Origin: Abditibacterium sp.
GTDB lineage: Bacteria > Armatimonadota > Abditibacteriia > Abditibacteriales > Abditibacteriaceae
Length of the DNA stretch: 64,000 nt
Direction of reading: 5' to 3'
NCBI GenBank assembly: GCA_965199495.1
Contig: CBDASK010000003.1
Coordinates: 4,032,001 to 4,096,000 of the forward strand
How positions within the stretch are numbered: position 1 is the first letter of the stretch; each line of letters begins with the position of its first letter. Of the stretch, positions 9,603 to 20,455 are shown piece after piece. Made by a program: the position numbers and the translations under genes. Below the pieces are notes generated by a model. It saw only the letters and a program-made list of their open reading frames with translations. It was not told where the DNA came from and made no database searches.

Positions 9603-10127
9603 ATGAACCTTGATTTAACCGAAGTTTTGCGCGGCCCCGGTCATGCCGCCGAGCGCAAAATCGCTATTCCCGTGGGCACTTTGGACGAGTGGGAATTAAC
9701 CGAACCGGTGACGGGCGTTGTGCGCGCGGTCAATGCGCGCCGCAATATCATCATCTCCGGGCGAGCAGCCACCGCCGTCGAAATGGAGTGCAGTCGTTGC
9801 CTCGAAACTTATAGTCAGCCGCTCGAATTCGAGCTGGAAGTGACGGTTCCGTTATCGCATTTCAATCCGCTTTTGGGTGCCGCCGCTGTCGAGGAAGACG
9901 ACGAAGACGGGCAGGAACTCACCAAAGAAGACATCGAAGCCTTATTTCAGGGCCACGATTTGGATGTTGACGAATTGGTTCGTCAGGCGATTGTTTTGAG
10001 CGCGCCGATTCAACCGTTGTGCGCCGCCGATTGTGCTGGCTTGCCCGAAGCGGCTTCATTGCGCGAGGCGCCCGTTGATTCGCGCTGGGCGGCTTTGCAG
10101 AATGTGAGCGGCAAAAGCGCGTCGTAA
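9603..10127 (+). CDS. yceD: YceD/DUF177 family protein
   Basis: ECSRCL and P-QPLC--DCAGL motifs; directly upstream of rpmF. Confidence 0.92.
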   Translation: MNLDLTEVLRGPGHAAERKIAIPVGTLDEWELTEPVTGVVRAVNARRNIIISGRAATAVEMECSRCLETYSQPLEFELEVTVPLSHFNPLLGAAAVEEDDEDGQELTKEDIEALFQGHDLDVDELVRQAIVLSAPIQPLCAADCAGLPEAASLREAPVDSRWAALQNVSGKSAS

Positions 10128-10221
10128 ATTTCGTTGAAGTGAAGATGAATGAAGTTGCGATTGGACAGAATGGGCGTGACCCGTTAAAATTAAATGCTGA
10201 CCTTAAAAGAGGAATAAAATT

Positions 10222-10416
10222 ATGGCCCTTCCCAAACGTAGAAAATCACACGCGCGAGTTCGCACGCGCCGCGCCAACTGGCGCGCCACCGCTCCCACCT
10301 TGACCAAATGCCCGACTTGTAACGCCGTCGCCATGCCGCACCGCGCCTGCATGACCTGCGGTCATTACAACGGTCGCGCCGTGATGCCGCCGAAAAACAA
10401 AACCCAGAACAACTAA
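10222..10416 (+). CDS. rpmF: 50S ribosomal protein L32 (zinc-binding form)
   Basis: MALPKRRKS...CPTC...PHRACMTCGHYNGR; GAGGA Shine-Dalgarno. Confidence 0.98.
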   Translation: MALPKRRKSHARVRTRRANWRATAPTLTKCPTCNAVAMPHRACMTCGHYNGRAVMPPKNKTQNN

Positions 10417-10436
10417 TTTTAAAACGGTTGTGACCC

Positions 10437-10473
10437 AATGGAAGCTCTTAAAAATCAAGAGCTTCCATTTTTT
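10437..10473 (+). terminator. intrinsic terminator after rpmF
   Basis: AATGGAAGCTCTT-AAAAATC-AAGAGCTTCCATT then T-run. Confidence 0.7.
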
Positions 10474-10571
10474 GTTGCAGAAGAACGGCGCGGTTGCGTC
10501 GGCGTTTTCTTTGCCTTCGCGGTTTCTCTATTCCTTTTTCTTCTGTATTCTGTTTGCTGACTTCCCAACTT

Positions 10572-11627
10572 ATGCGAATTGCAATTGACGCGATGGGCGG
10601 CGATCACGCGCCCGCCGAAATCGTCGCGGGCGCGCTGATAGCTGCGCGCAACGACTCTCGAACTCATATCATTTTGGTCGGCGATGAAGCCGCCATTCGC
10701 GCGCATTTGCCCGCCGATGCGCCTGCAAATCTGGCGATTCACGCGACTTCGCAGGTCGTCGAAATGGATGAATCGCCCTCGCAGGCGTTGCGCGCGAAAA
10801 AAGATTCGAGTCTGGCCGTCGCGTTCCAATTGCAAAAAGACGGCGCCGCCGATGCGACGCTCAGCGCCGGAAATACCGGCGCGACGATGGCTTTTGCGCT
10901 GATGACGCTGGGCCGCATCAAAGGCATTGATCGTCCGGCTATCGCCACAGTTTTTCCAACCGCCAAGAACCCGCTGATTCTGCTCGATGGCGGCGCTAAC
11001 ATTGATTGCAAGCCGAATCATTTGGCCGATTTCGCGTTGATGGGTGCCGCTTATGTTCCGGTTATTCGCGGCATTATTCCCGACGAAAAAGACAAATTTC
11101 AGCGCGGCAAACTGCCGACTGTTGGCGTATTGTCCATCGGAGAAGAAGAGGGCAAAGGCAACGCGCTTTCCAAAGCCGCTTTTCCCCTTGTCAAGGCGGG
11201 CGCCGCGCGCGGGACTTACACGTTTTATGGCAACGTCGAGGGGCGCGACATCGGACAAGGCACGGTTGACGTGATCGTGTGCGATGGATTTGTCGGCAAT
11301 GTCGTGTTGAAGATGGCCGAAGGTTTCGCGCGCACTTTCATGGACACGCTCAAAGACGCGCTGATTTCGTCGCCGCGCTCCAAACTCGCCGCGATTCTGC
11401 TGGCGCCCGCGTTGCGGAAAATGAAAAAGCGTTTCGATCACACCGGTTACGGCGGAGCCAATTTGCTGGGCGTCAACGGCACCTGCATTATCTGCCACGG
11501 CTCGGCCAAAGCGAACTCGATTGCCTCGGCGATTCGCATCGCCAAAATCGGCGTTGAAATTGACGTGAGCGCCCGCATTCGCGAAGCGGTGGCGACGCAG
11601 GCGAACGCGCCCGAAACGAGCACGTAG
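10572..11627 (+). CDS. plsX: phosphate acyltransferase PlsX
   Basis: MRIAIDAMGGDHAP, SAGNTGA, GIDRPA, GNVEGRD, CDGFVGNVVLK, ICHG. Confidence 0.98.
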   Translation: MRIAIDAMGGDHAPAEIVAGALIAARNDSRTHIILVGDEAAIRAHLPADAPANLAIHATSQVVEMDESPSQALRAKKDSSLAVAFQLQKDGAADATLSAGNTGATMAFALMTLGRIKGIDRPAIATVFPTAKNPLILLDGGANIDCKPNHLADFALMGAAYVPVIRGIIPDEKDKFQRGKLPTVGVLSIGEEEGKGNALSKAAFPLVKAGAARGTYTFYGNVEGRDIGQGTVDVIVCDGFVGNVVLKMAEGFARTFMDTLKDALISSPRSKLAAILLAPALRKMKKRFDHTGYGGANLLGVNGTCIICHGSAKANSIASAIRIAKIGVEIDVSARIREAVATQANAPETST

Positions 11628-11630
11628 TTT

Positions 11631-12824
11631 TTAAGTGCGCGGCACCTCGGCAATTGTGGTGAACGAACCGGTGACTAAAATCGTGTCGTCCAATGCAGCC
11701 ACGGCGCGTGCGCGCGCGACGGCGGCTTCGACGTTTTCTGCGGTTTCGACGTTTGGGTTGAACTTTTTCGCTTCGTTGGCCAACTCAGCCGCGGGCAGAG
11801 CGCGCGGCGAATCGGAGTGCGTGCAGATGATTTGGCGCGCGAGCGGCGCCAGAATCTCGACCATTTCGCGCCAGTTTTTATCGGACAAAATTCCCAAAAT
11901 CAAAATTGTATTTTCCGGCGCCAAGTTCAACTCTTCGCCCACATAGCGCGCCAAACGCGCGGCGCCGTCGGGATTGTTGGCTCCATCAATGATGACGCGC
12001 GGATTCGTCGCGATGATTTCGGCGCGTCCCGGCACTTGCGCGCCCTCAACTTCTGTTGGAATTTGCCAGCCCAAATCTTCGGAAAATTTGCGTGCGATTT
12101 CCAGCGCCAGCGCGCGATTGGTTTGCTGGAAATCGTCGGCGTCGGGCACTTCGACCGGAACGAAATGAACGCCGTTGTCCAAACAATACGCGTCGAAAAT
12201 TTCCAAGACGTTCGGTTTGGTTTCCGCCGTGAAAAACGTCCGGCCCGCGCGCGCGATACAAACTTTATCCGCCGCGATCTCTTCCAGCGTGTCGCCCAAT
12301 CTGTCCATGTGATCGAGCGCGACGTGCGTGACCGCCGAAACTTGCGGCGAGGTGACGTTGGTCGCGTCCCATTTGCCGCCCAGCCCAACTTCCAAAACTG
12401 CCGCGTCCACGTTTTGTCGCGCGAAATGCCATAATCCCAGAAAGGTCATCACCTCGAACTCGGTTGGTTGGCCCAACGCGCGCGCCGTGGCTGTGATGTG
12501 GGGCAGGGCGTCGTCGAGCAATTCGTCTAATTCGGTGTCGGAAACCGCGCCCTCGAACAGACCAGCACCGGGCAAAATACGAATGCGTTCGTTCCAATCG
12601 TAAAGGTGAGGCGAGGTGTAAAGTCCGATGCGGCGGCTATTTTGGGCCAGCGTGCGCGCGGTGAATTCTGCCGTCGAGCCTTTGCCGTTGGTGCCGCCGA
12701 TGAGAATGTGCGGATATTTGAGTTGCGGATTGTCGGTGCGCGCGAGCAGGTCTTCGATGCGTTGCAGGCCGGGGGCGATGCCGAAGCGTTGCAGGTCGGA
12801 TAAATAGGAAGCGAGGCGAGACAT
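11631..12824 (-). CDS. folC: folylpolyglutamate synthase/dihydrofolate synthase
   Basis: GTNGKGST, YTSPHL, LEVGLGG-WDATNV, DH---LG, VTGSF. Confidence 0.95.
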   Translation of the reverse strand: MSRLASYLSDLQRFGIAPGLQRIEDLLARTDNPQLKYPHILIGGTNGKGSTAEFTARTLAQNSRRIGLYTSPHLYDWNERIRILPGAGLFEGAVSDTELDELLDDALPHITATARALGQPTEFEVMTFLGLWHFARQNVDAAVLEVGLGGKWDATNVTSPQVSAVTHVALDHMDRLGDTLEEIAADKVCIARAGRTFFTAETKPNVLEIFDAYCLDNGVHFVPVEVPDADDFQQTNRALALEIARKFSEDLGWQIPTEVEGAQVPGRAEIIATNPRVIIDGANNPDGAARLARYVGEELNLAPENTILILGILSDKNWREMVEILAPLARQIICTHSDSPRALPAAELANEAKKFNPNVETAENVEAAVARARAVAALDDTILVTGSFTTIAEVPRT

Positions 12825-13078
12825 AAAGCGGATTCGGAAATCCGAAAGATATTTTATCGCTCCGCGCCGGTTTTGGCGCGCGACTTCAAAGGGAAATCAA
12901 GGTCAAAAATTACGCCACATTAAGGGCACCTCAAAGCGTGATGTGTTATGATTGAATGACGCCCTTGCTATAACTGAATTTCGATTTGCCAGAGATGCGC
13001 TTTTTATTCGCGCTTTATTTTGGATTTCAAACCGGCGCTCAGGCGAAATAATTTGTTAGTCTCCGAGGTTCTTACTGA

Positions 13079-16000
13079 ATGCGATTGACCCGCTTCTCCG
13101 CTTCACTTTCTTCCTTTCTCTGGCTCTGTGCGTTGCTGAGTTGCGCGTGGCTTTCGAGCGCGCAAGCTCAAAATGCCAGTGGAGCGCCTGACGTTTCGGC
13201 GGTCGGTGCGCGTCTGCAAAAAGACATCAACGCGTTGACGGCGTTTCCATCGCGCGTGCCCGGCACCCTCGGTAACCGGCAGGCGGCGGCCTACGTGCAA
13301 AACCGTTTCGCCCAAATCGGTTTGAGCCAAGTGCGCGCCGACGATTATTTCGTTACCACGCCCGTCACCAAATCGGCCACTGTTTCGGTTGGCGGTCAAG
13401 ACCTCCCCGTTCTGCCGGTTTATCCGAACCAAGTCGTGGCCTCAACAACGCCGCTCGCTGGCATTAGCGGGCCTTTGGTTTATGTCGGCCAGGGCAAAGT
13501 CGCCGATTTTAACGGCAAAAAGATCGAAGGTTGCATCGCCGTTCTCGATTTTAATTCGGGCATGAACTGGATTACCGCCATTGATTTGGGGGCGCGCGCC
13601 ATTATTTTTCTCGAACCGCAGCAGTCCAATCGCGGCGAGGCCGAGCGCAAATTTACTTTCTTGCCCGTCGAAGTGCCGCGCTATTACGCGACAGCAGCCA
13701 CGGCGACGGCCCTTCGCGCGGCGGAAGGGCAAGATGCCAACCTCAAATCGTTGGTCGTGTGGGAAAAAATGCCAGTCAAGAACGTTTTGGGTTTCTTGCC
13801 GGGCAAAAACGCGCCCGCGAAAAAGGCCAATACCTTAATCGTCAACGCCTATTACGATTCGATGTCGGTCGTGCCCGACTTGGCGCCCGGCGCCGAAGCG
13901 GCGGGCAACTTGGCCTCGTTTCTCGAATTGGCGGCGCGACTCAAAGCCAATCCGCCTTCTTATAACGTGTTGTTCGTCGCCAATGGCTCGCACCATATGG
14001 CGTTAGCGGGCGCGCGCAACTTCATCGCCGATCACGTTATTGATAAAACCGGCGACGCTAATGACGCCAAAAAAGCCGAAATCGCGTCGTATCGTGGTTT
14101 CCTCAACCTTGATCTGACTTCGCGCACGCCCACGGTCGGTTTCTTCGCCAAATCGTGGTTTTACAATCAAATGGGCGTTGGCTCGGAAAATATTCTGCTC
14201 AACCAGTTCGGCGGCTTGGCCAAGAATCTGGGGCGCTACTCCGACGACATCGCCAAAAAAGAGAACCGTCCGACCGAAGAATTTTTCGTGGATGGCGTGA
14301 CCGGCAAAGACGGGCGCACTTGGCGTTCCTACCTGCCCTCGCTGGTGGCACTCGATTCCGAAGTCGCGACCGAAGCAGGTTTGCCGGGCGTTTCGTTTGC
14401 CACGGCTAACGATGCGCGTTTATATCAGGACACGCCGTTCGATACCGCCGACCGTTTGAATATGCCGAATTTGACGGCACAGGTCGGCACCGTCGAGAAT
14501 TTGATGCGCGAGTCGTTCAACGACATCGCGTATAGCGATGCCAAAAACCTCAACGTTTTTCCGCCGACCGATACGCTCTCCAAAAACTTCGGCTTTTTCA
14601 CCGGGCGTGGCATCTATCGTAACGTCGAGCAGGCGACCAGTTTTTTGCCCGACACGCCGATGCCCGATTCGCAAATCGGCGACGCTGATATGCAATCGGT
14701 TGGCGTTATCGGTTCGGATCGCGGCGGCAGTCCGCAAGAGCAGAAATCTTACGCGGGCGTGCGCGGCCTGATGATCGAGCGCGCCAGTTACTCTAAAGCG
14801 ACGGCAACCGATAAACAGGTCGCGCAGTTCACCTTTATTGGCCCGCGCGTGGGCGACCCCAAAGGTGGCGGCACGCCCAACCAAGAGTTCGAGGCGTTTA
14901 CCCTCGACCGCAATGGGCACATGATTTTCGCGCCCGACCGTGGCGCCGAACGCCAACGTTTTTCGCCTAACTTCAATAAAGCCACGGCGACGCTCTCTTA
15001 TAAAGACGTAAAACTCAACTCGATTAACCCCGATGCTTCGCTCATCGTGTTTAAGTCGCGCGCCACGACTTTGTTCGATACGCTCGATCAGCGTTATTTC
15101 ACCGTTTTGACCGAAATGACGGTTTTGGACGCCCGAACCGACGCCAACCCGGTGGAGTATGGTTATCTGCGCCCGGCGGCTGGCCCCGGCGTGGCTGCTA
15201 TGGAGCCGATTGCCATTGTCTTTGGCAAATCTAACAACGAGAGAAACTCCGATGGCACGCTAAAAGACCCCGAAAAGGGCGAGCGTTTCAAACTGATTAT
15301 GGCGGCGGGTCTACTGGGCAAGCGTTTAGTTTTGCTCAACACCGACCCGACGATCACCGCCAAAAACGATACGCGTGGCTTTGAGGGTCAGGGCTTCATG
15401 ATTCGCAATACCGACGAAACCAACCGCGTTACACGCGTTTCGTATCAGTCGGCCAAAGACCTGTGGGTCGTTGACCAGCAGCGTATTCGTCTGCTCAAGG
15501 GCTTTGGCATCAACAACGAACGCGTTGATGCGCTGCATGGCGCGGCGGGTTGTCCGCCGACGACCGATCCGAAATTCACTTCGGGTTTTCAATGCCCGCC
15601 CGAAAGCATCGCCGCGCCCAACGGCGGTTCGCTCGTCGCCGCGCAAAACGCGCTCGATACGCAGAAATTTGATGTGTTCTACCGCGAAGCGCGCCGCGCT
15701 TTCGGTCTGGAATCGCGCGCCTATCCCGACGTTGAAGCGACTTCGCAGGACGTTTTAAAGGGCATCATTTTCTATCTGGCGCTCTTGCTGCCGTTCGCCT
15801 ATTTCGTCGAGCGCATGCTGTTTGGTTTTCCCGACGTGCGCAAGCAAATTATGGGCACGTCGCTGGTCTTTTTGGCGGTCTTTGTCGCGATCCGCTTTGT
15901 TCATCCGGCCTTTGAGCTGGCGGCGACGCCGTTTATTATTCTGCTGGCGTTCGTGATTTTGGCGCTGACAGTTGTGGTGACGATATTCCTGCAATCGAAG

Positions 16001-18187
16001 TTTGAGCAGGAAATCAAGCGCATGAAGCAGGGCGTTCACTACGCCGATATGGGCCGTTTGTCGGCGCTGGGCGCCGCCGTCGGGTTGGGCATCGCCAATA
16101 TGCGCCGCCGTCCGACGCGCACGGCGCTGACCTGCGTCACGCTAATTTTGCTGACGTTCACGGTTTTGTCGTTTACGTCGGTGACGGCCAACATCGCCAA
16201 CTTCGCGCGGCCTTATGGCGAAAGTAAGCAGCCACCGGCCTATCAGGGATTTTTGTTGCGTCAGGCGGATTGGAGCGCGATGCAGGATGTCGCTGTCGGT
16301 TCGCTTTCCAACGAAATCACCGCGCGCAATTTGGGCCAACCCGCTTTGCGGGCGTGGTATCTGTCGCGCGATCAGGGCGAGCCGTTGCAATTGCGCGTCA
16401 ATAACGCTCTCGACGCCAACAAGTTTTATTACGCGCCCGCTCTGGTCGGCATGTCGCCCGAAGAGCAGACCATCGGTTCGCCGATTCCTAAAACTCTCAT
16501 CAAAGGGCGTTGGTTCGAGGCGGGCGACCGGGATGTCGCCATCGTGCCGCGCGACGTTTTGTTGTCGGATGCAGAGCGCGCCGCCGAAAACCCCAACGCG
16601 CAAACGGCGGCTCAGCCCGGCGCTCAAACCGGGCCGCCGCTGGGCCTGACGCTCGATAACGCCATCGGCTCGACGATTCAGGTCGCGGGCAAAGACCTCA
16701 AAATTATCGGCGTGTTCGATGACCGCAAATGGTATGGGCGCAACTCCCTGGATAACATCCGCGATTTGGATAACGAAGAGTTCTCACCGGTTGACTACGG
16801 TTCCGACCAAAACAAGAGCAACGCGACCTCGAACTCGCAGGCTTCGCAGCAGGGCGGCGAAACGCAGGTGCAACGTTACGAGCACATGCGTGCCAACGCT
16901 CTATTGATTTTGCCTTATCAGACTGCTCTGGACATGGGAGCCACGACTCGCTCGATGGCTGTCGGCATTGCCGATCCGGTCGTGGCGCAAGATGAGTTGA
17001 ATGATTTGATGAACCGCGCCGCGCTGGGCATTTTCGGCGCGACGCCCGAAAAGGACAAAAATGGCAAGCCGACGGGGCCGCTGGTTTCTAAACTCTATTC
17101 GTCGGTTGAGGCGACGAGTTACGAAGGTTTCGCCGCGCTGGCGGTGCCGGTTTTGATCGCGGCTTTGATTATCGCCAACACGATGTTGGGTTCGGTTTTC
17201 GAGCGCACCAAAGAGATCGGCATCTACTCTTCGATTGGTCTGGCGCCGGTTCACATCGGCGCGTTGTTCATCGCCGAAGCGATGGTTTACGCGGTCTTGG
17301 GTTCGATTTCGGGTTACCTAATCGCGCAAATCGTGGCCAAGATAATTACTGCGACGAACTTGCTACCAGGCATCACGCTCAACTATTCGTCGTCGTCGGC
17401 AGTTTTGGCGACTTTGATCGTCATGCTAACGGTGCTATTATCAACCGTGTATCCGGCGTTTATGGCTTCGCGCATTTCGTCGCCCGAAGGCAATAAAAAC
17501 GATCTGGGCGATCCAGTCGGCGACCTGTGGCGCTTGCAGTTCCCGTTCACCGTTTCGGGCGCGCAATCGCTGGGCATGGCGCAGTTCTTGGCTGATTACT
17601 TCGAGTCGCACACCGATACTTCAGTCGGCAAGTTTTTTACCGATAAGGTTTTCTTCAGTGGCTTGCCCTTGCGAGACGCCGTGGCTCTACTTAACGATGG
17701 CGTGCCAACGCCCGAAGAATTGGCGGCTTTGGTGGCCAGTGGCGAAAACGAAGTCAAGAAAACCAAAACGAAAAAATCGAAAAAGACGCCGGATGGTATG
17801 GTAATCGAACCGGTCAAAGCCAAAGCGACGGGCGGTTATCTGGCGTTAAACGAAATCAAAGCCGAGCCGGATACGCAGGTTTATCGTCTGGCGCTACGCA
17901 CCTGGCTGGCTCCGTTCGACATGGGCGTTTCGCAGGACACCGACATCATTCTGCTGCCCGCCAAAGAGCCGGGTTTGTATGAGTTGCAACTGCGTCTGGC
18001 GCGCCGTTCGGGCGAAATTTCGGCATGGAAACGCGTCAACCGCGAGTTCATGACCGAGCTTCGCAAACAGTTGCTGGTTTGGCGCACGGTCAAACCCGAA
18101 CAGCAGCAAGAATATATTTTGCGCGGTCGCGCGCATATCCGCGAACAGGCGGCTCCGGTCGAAGAAACCGAAGCCGTCGTGGTGTAA
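13079..18187 (+). CDS. 1702-aa membrane protein: PA/M28 peptidase-like ectodomain, TM block, MacB-like core and FtsX permease domain
   Basis: signal peptide; SRVPGT-GN, GPLVYVG, NAYYDS-SVVPDLAPGA; NMRRRPTRTALT; SVFERTKEIGIYSSIGL FtsX signature. Confidence 0.75.
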   Translation: MRLTRFSASLSSFLWLCALLSCAWLSSAQAQNASGAPDVSAVGARLQKDINALTAFPSRVPGTLGNRQAAAYVQNRFAQIGLSQVRADDYFVTTPVTKSATVSVGGQDLPVLPVYPNQVVASTTPLAGISGPLVYVGQGKVADFNGKKIEGCIAVLDFNSGMNWITAIDLGARAIIFLEPQQSNRGEAERKFTFLPVEVPRYYATAATATALRAAEGQDANLKSLVVWEKMPVKNVLGFLPGKNAPAKKANTLIVNAYYDSMSVVPDLAPGAEAAGNLASFLELAARLKANPPSYNVLFVANGSHHMALAGARNFIADHVIDKTGDANDAKKAEIASYRGFLNLDLTSRTPTVGFFAKSWFYNQMGVGSENILLNQFGGLAKNLGRYSDDIAKKENRPTEEFFVDGVTGKDGRTWRSYLPSLVALDSEVATEAGLPGVSFATANDARLYQDTPFDTADRLNMPNLTAQVGTVENLMRESFNDIAYSDAKNLNVFPPTDTLSKNFGFFTGRGIYRNVEQATSFLPDTPMPDSQIGDADMQSVGVIGSDRGGSPQEQKSYAGVRGLMIERASYSKATATDKQVAQFTFIGPRVGDPKGGGTPNQEFEAFTLDRNGHMIFAPDRGAERQRFSPNFNKATATLSYKDVKLNSINPDASLIVFKSRATTLFDTLDQRYFTVLTEMTVLDARTDANPVEYGYLRPAAGPGVAAMEPIAIVFGKSNNERNSDGTLKDPEKGERFKLIMAAGLLGKRLVLLNTDPTITAKNDTRGFEGQGFMIRNTDETNRVTRVSYQSAKDLWVVDQQRIRLLKGFGINNERVDALHGAAGCPPTTDPKFTSGFQCPPESIAAPNGGSLVAAQNALDTQKFDVFYREARRAFGLESRAYPDVEATSQDVLKGIIFYLALLLPFAYFVERMLFGFPDVRKQIMGTSLVFLAVFVAIRFVHPAFELAATPFIILLAFVILALTVVVTIFLQSKFEQEIKRMKQGVHYADMGRLSALGAAVGLGIANMRRRPTRTALTCVTLILLTFTVLSFTSVTANIANFARPYGESKQPPAYQGFLLRQADWSAMQDVAVGSLSNEITARNLGQPALRAWYLSRDQGEPLQLRVNNALDANKFYYAPALVGMSPEEQTIGSPIPKTLIKGRWFEAGDRDVAIVPRDVLLSDAERAAENPNAQTAAQPGAQTGPPLGLTLDNAIGSTIQVAGKDLKIIGVFDDRKWYGRNSLDNIRDLDNEEFSPVDYGSDQNKSNATSNSQASQQGGETQVQRYEHMRANALLILPYQTALDMGATTRSMAVGIADPVVAQDELNDLMNRAALGIFGATPEKDKNGKPTGPLVSKLYSSVEATSYEGFAALAVPVLIAALIIANTMLGSVFERTKEIGIYSSIGLAPVHIGALFIAEAMVYAVLGSISGYLIAQIVAKIITATNLLPGITLNYSSSSAVLATLIVMLTVLLSTVYPAFMASRISSPEGNKNDLGDPVGDLWRLQFPFTVSGAQSLGMAQFLADYFESHTDTSVGKFFTDKVFFSGLPLRDAVALLNDGVPTPEELAALVASGENEVKKTKTKKSKKTPDGMVIEPVKAKATGGYLALNEIKAEPDTQVYRLALRTWLAPFDMGVSQDTDIILLPAKEPGLYELQLRLARRSGEISAWKRVNREFMTELRKQLLVWRTVKPEQQQEYILRGRAHIREQAAPVEETEAVVV

Positions 18188-18192
18188 TTTTT

Positions 18193-18278
18193 CAGGAGAC
18201 GGAAGACAGGAGTCAGGAGACAAGAACTTGCGCTACGATTCAAGTTTCAATCTCCTGTCTCCCGTCTCCTGTCTCCTG
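18193..18278. repeat. inverted pair of heptamer tandem arrays (CAGGAGA type)
   Basis: CAGGAGACGGAAGACAGGAGTCAGGAGACAAGA facing TCTCCTGTCTCCCGTCTCCTGTCTCCTG. Confidence 0.8.
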
Positions 18279-18292
18279 TTTCCTTAAAAACA

Positions 18293-20341
18293 ATGGCTCT
18301 TCTTCCTGAATCACAATCCGAGAAACAAGAACGCCCGATGGGGCCGCTCAATGTTTCGCCCGCCGGAGATGTCGTTACGGCGGATGTCGTCGAGGGCGAC
18401 GCTGAAGAATATGTGGACGGTTTTTCATGGAAAACCGTCATCGGCGCGCTTTTTATCGGCTTCATCATGATGCCGGGTTCCATCTACCTCGGTCTTATCG
18501 CGGGCCAAGGCATGGGGCCAGCCGCCGAATGGGTCACCATCATTTTGTTCATGGAAGTGGCGCGGCGTTCCTACCAGACGCTGAAAAAGCAAGAAATTTA
18601 TTTGCTTTATTACATCGGCGCCGCGCTGACTACGCAGGTCGCGGGCATCGCCATCGCCGGTGGGCCGTTCGCTTCGCTGATCTGGAACTCTTACGTCGTC
18701 AATACGCCCATCGCGCAAAGTCTGGGCATTACGGCGGGCATCCAAAACGCGCCGTGGGCCGCGCTTATCAGCGATTCGCCCGGCATGCTTAACCGCACGT
18801 TTTTCAGCGCCGACTGGCTGCCCGCCATCGGTCTGTTGATGTTTTATCAGTTGTTCGGGCGCATGACTTCGTGGGGTTTGGGCTACGTTTTGTTCCGCAT
18901 CACGTCGGACGTGGAGCGGTTGCCGTTCCCGCTCGCTCCCATTGCGGCTGAAGGAGCCACGGCGCTGGCCGAGTCTTCGTCGCAGAAAGAGGGTTGGCGC
19001 TGGCGCATCTTCTCGATTGGCGCTATGATCGGCGTCGGTTGGGGATCGCTTTATATTTTGCTGCCGAGCGTGACCGGTTTGATTTTCGCGCAACCGATTA
19101 CCCTCGTTTCGGTGCCATTTATTGATTACACGCCCAACACCCAGAAAATTTTGCCCGCCGCCTTAACTGGTTTGGGCACCGATCTGGGGCAGGTTCTCAT
19201 CGGCTTTTTGTTGCCGCTGCCGGTTGTCGTTGGCACTTTCATCGCTTCGATTGGCGCATTTATCATCGCCAACCCGTTGCTTTATCACGCGGGCATTTTG
19301 CATGACTGGGTGCCGGGCACCGATATGCTGCAATCGCAGGTCGTCAACTCGTTCAACTTCTGGCTTTCGTTTGGTATCGGCACCTCGGTTGTCGTGGCCG
19401 TCGTCGGCATCATTTCGGTGATTATGGCGTTGCTCAAAGCCAAAAACCAAAAGCAGGAGGGCGTGGCTTCGCCGCAACTCACGCCGCCCAAAGGCCGTGG
19501 CGACATTCCCATTCCCGTTTCACTGGCGATATTCGCGATTGGCACGCTGGCCTATATCGCGATGTGCCATCATCTGGTGCCGAGGTTTCCGGTCTGGGTT
19601 TTGGTGTTTTTCGGTTTCATCTGGACGCCGATTTTTTCCTATATCAACGCGCGTATGGCCGGTCTGGCGGGCACCTCGGTGACCATTCCCTATGTGCGCG
19701 AGGCCAGTTTCATGATGTCGGGCTATCGCAACGTAGACATTTGGTTCGCGCCGATTCCGCTCAGTGATTTCGGTGGCATGGCCCAGCACTTCCGCACCGT
19801 CGAACTGACCAAAACCAAGTTCACCTCGATCATCAAAGTCGAATTTTTGATGCTGCCGATCATGCTGGGTTGTTCGCTGTTATTTTGGAGTTTCATTTGG
19901 AAACTGTCGCCGATTCCCGCCGCGACTTATCCGTTTGCCGCCAAGTTCTGGCCGGTTGCGGCGCAGCAGAGCGCGCTATGGATGACCGCCAACCGCGAGG
20001 GCACCAATAACGTTTTGTTGCAGTCCATTAACATTAACTATATTTTAGCTGGTGGTATCGCCGCGACAGTCGCTTACTTCGCGACGATTTTGGGCGGCGT
20101 TTCCACGCTGTTCTTCTACGGCCTCATCAATGGCACGCACGCGTTGCCAGCCTACGCGATTCCTCAATTCATCGGCGCGATGCTGGGTCGCTATTATTTC
20201 AGCAAGCGCTACGGCGAGGAAAACTGGAAAGCCTATACGCCGGTTCTGGTCGCGGGCTATTATTGCGGAATGGGCCTCATCGGCATGGCGGCGGTGGCTC
20301 TTGCGCTGCTCTCCAAAAGCGTCTCGCGTTTGCCGTATTAA
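18293..20341 (+). CDS. OPT/YSL-like peptide transporter
   Basis: many TM helices; ERLPFPLAP motif resembles the OPT LxFP motif; co-oriented with the FtsX-domain gene. Confidence 0.7.
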   Translation: MALLPESQSEKQERPMGPLNVSPAGDVVTADVVEGDAEEYVDGFSWKTVIGALFIGFIMMPGSIYLGLIAGQGMGPAAEWVTIILFMEVARRSYQTLKKQEIYLLYYIGAALTTQVAGIAIAGGPFASLIWNSYVVNTPIAQSLGITAGIQNAPWAALISDSPGMLNRTFFSADWLPAIGLLMFYQLFGRMTSWGLGYVLFRITSDVERLPFPLAPIAAEGATALAESSSQKEGWRWRIFSIGAMIGVGWGSLYILLPSVTGLIFAQPITLVSVPFIDYTPNTQKILPAALTGLGTDLGQVLIGFLLPLPVVVGTFIASIGAFIIANPLLYHAGILHDWVPGTDMLQSQVVNSFNFWLSFGIGTSVVVAVVGIISVIMALLKAKNQKQEGVASPQLTPPKGRGDIPIPVSLAIFAIGTLAYIAMCHHLVPRFPVWVLVFFGFIWTPIFSYINARMAGLAGTSVTIPYVREASFMMSGYRNVDIWFAPIPLSDFGGMAQHFRTVELTKTKFTSIIKVEFLMLPIMLGCSLLFWSFIWKLSPIPAATYPFAAKFWPVAAQQSALWMTANREGTNNVLLQSININYILAGGIAATVAYFATILGGVSTLFFYGLINGTHALPAYAIPQFIGAMLGRYYFSKRYGEENWKAYTPVLVAGYYCGMGLIGMAAVALALLSKSVSRLPY

Positions 20342-20349
20342 CGCAGAAC

Positions 20350-20395
20350 ACCACGAAAAACGCCCGACTCGAAAGAGTCGGGCGTTTTTCGTGGT
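20350..20395. terminator. bidirectional-type intrinsic terminator
   Basis: 21-bp perfect stem ACCACGAAAAACGCCCGACTC-GAAA-GAGTCGGGCGTTTTTCGTGGT. Confidence 0.9.
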
Positions 20396-20455
20396 ATTAA
20401 CAATGATTGAAGATCAATTGGCGCCGCTCTCCCGTTTTGTGTATCATTTGATACA

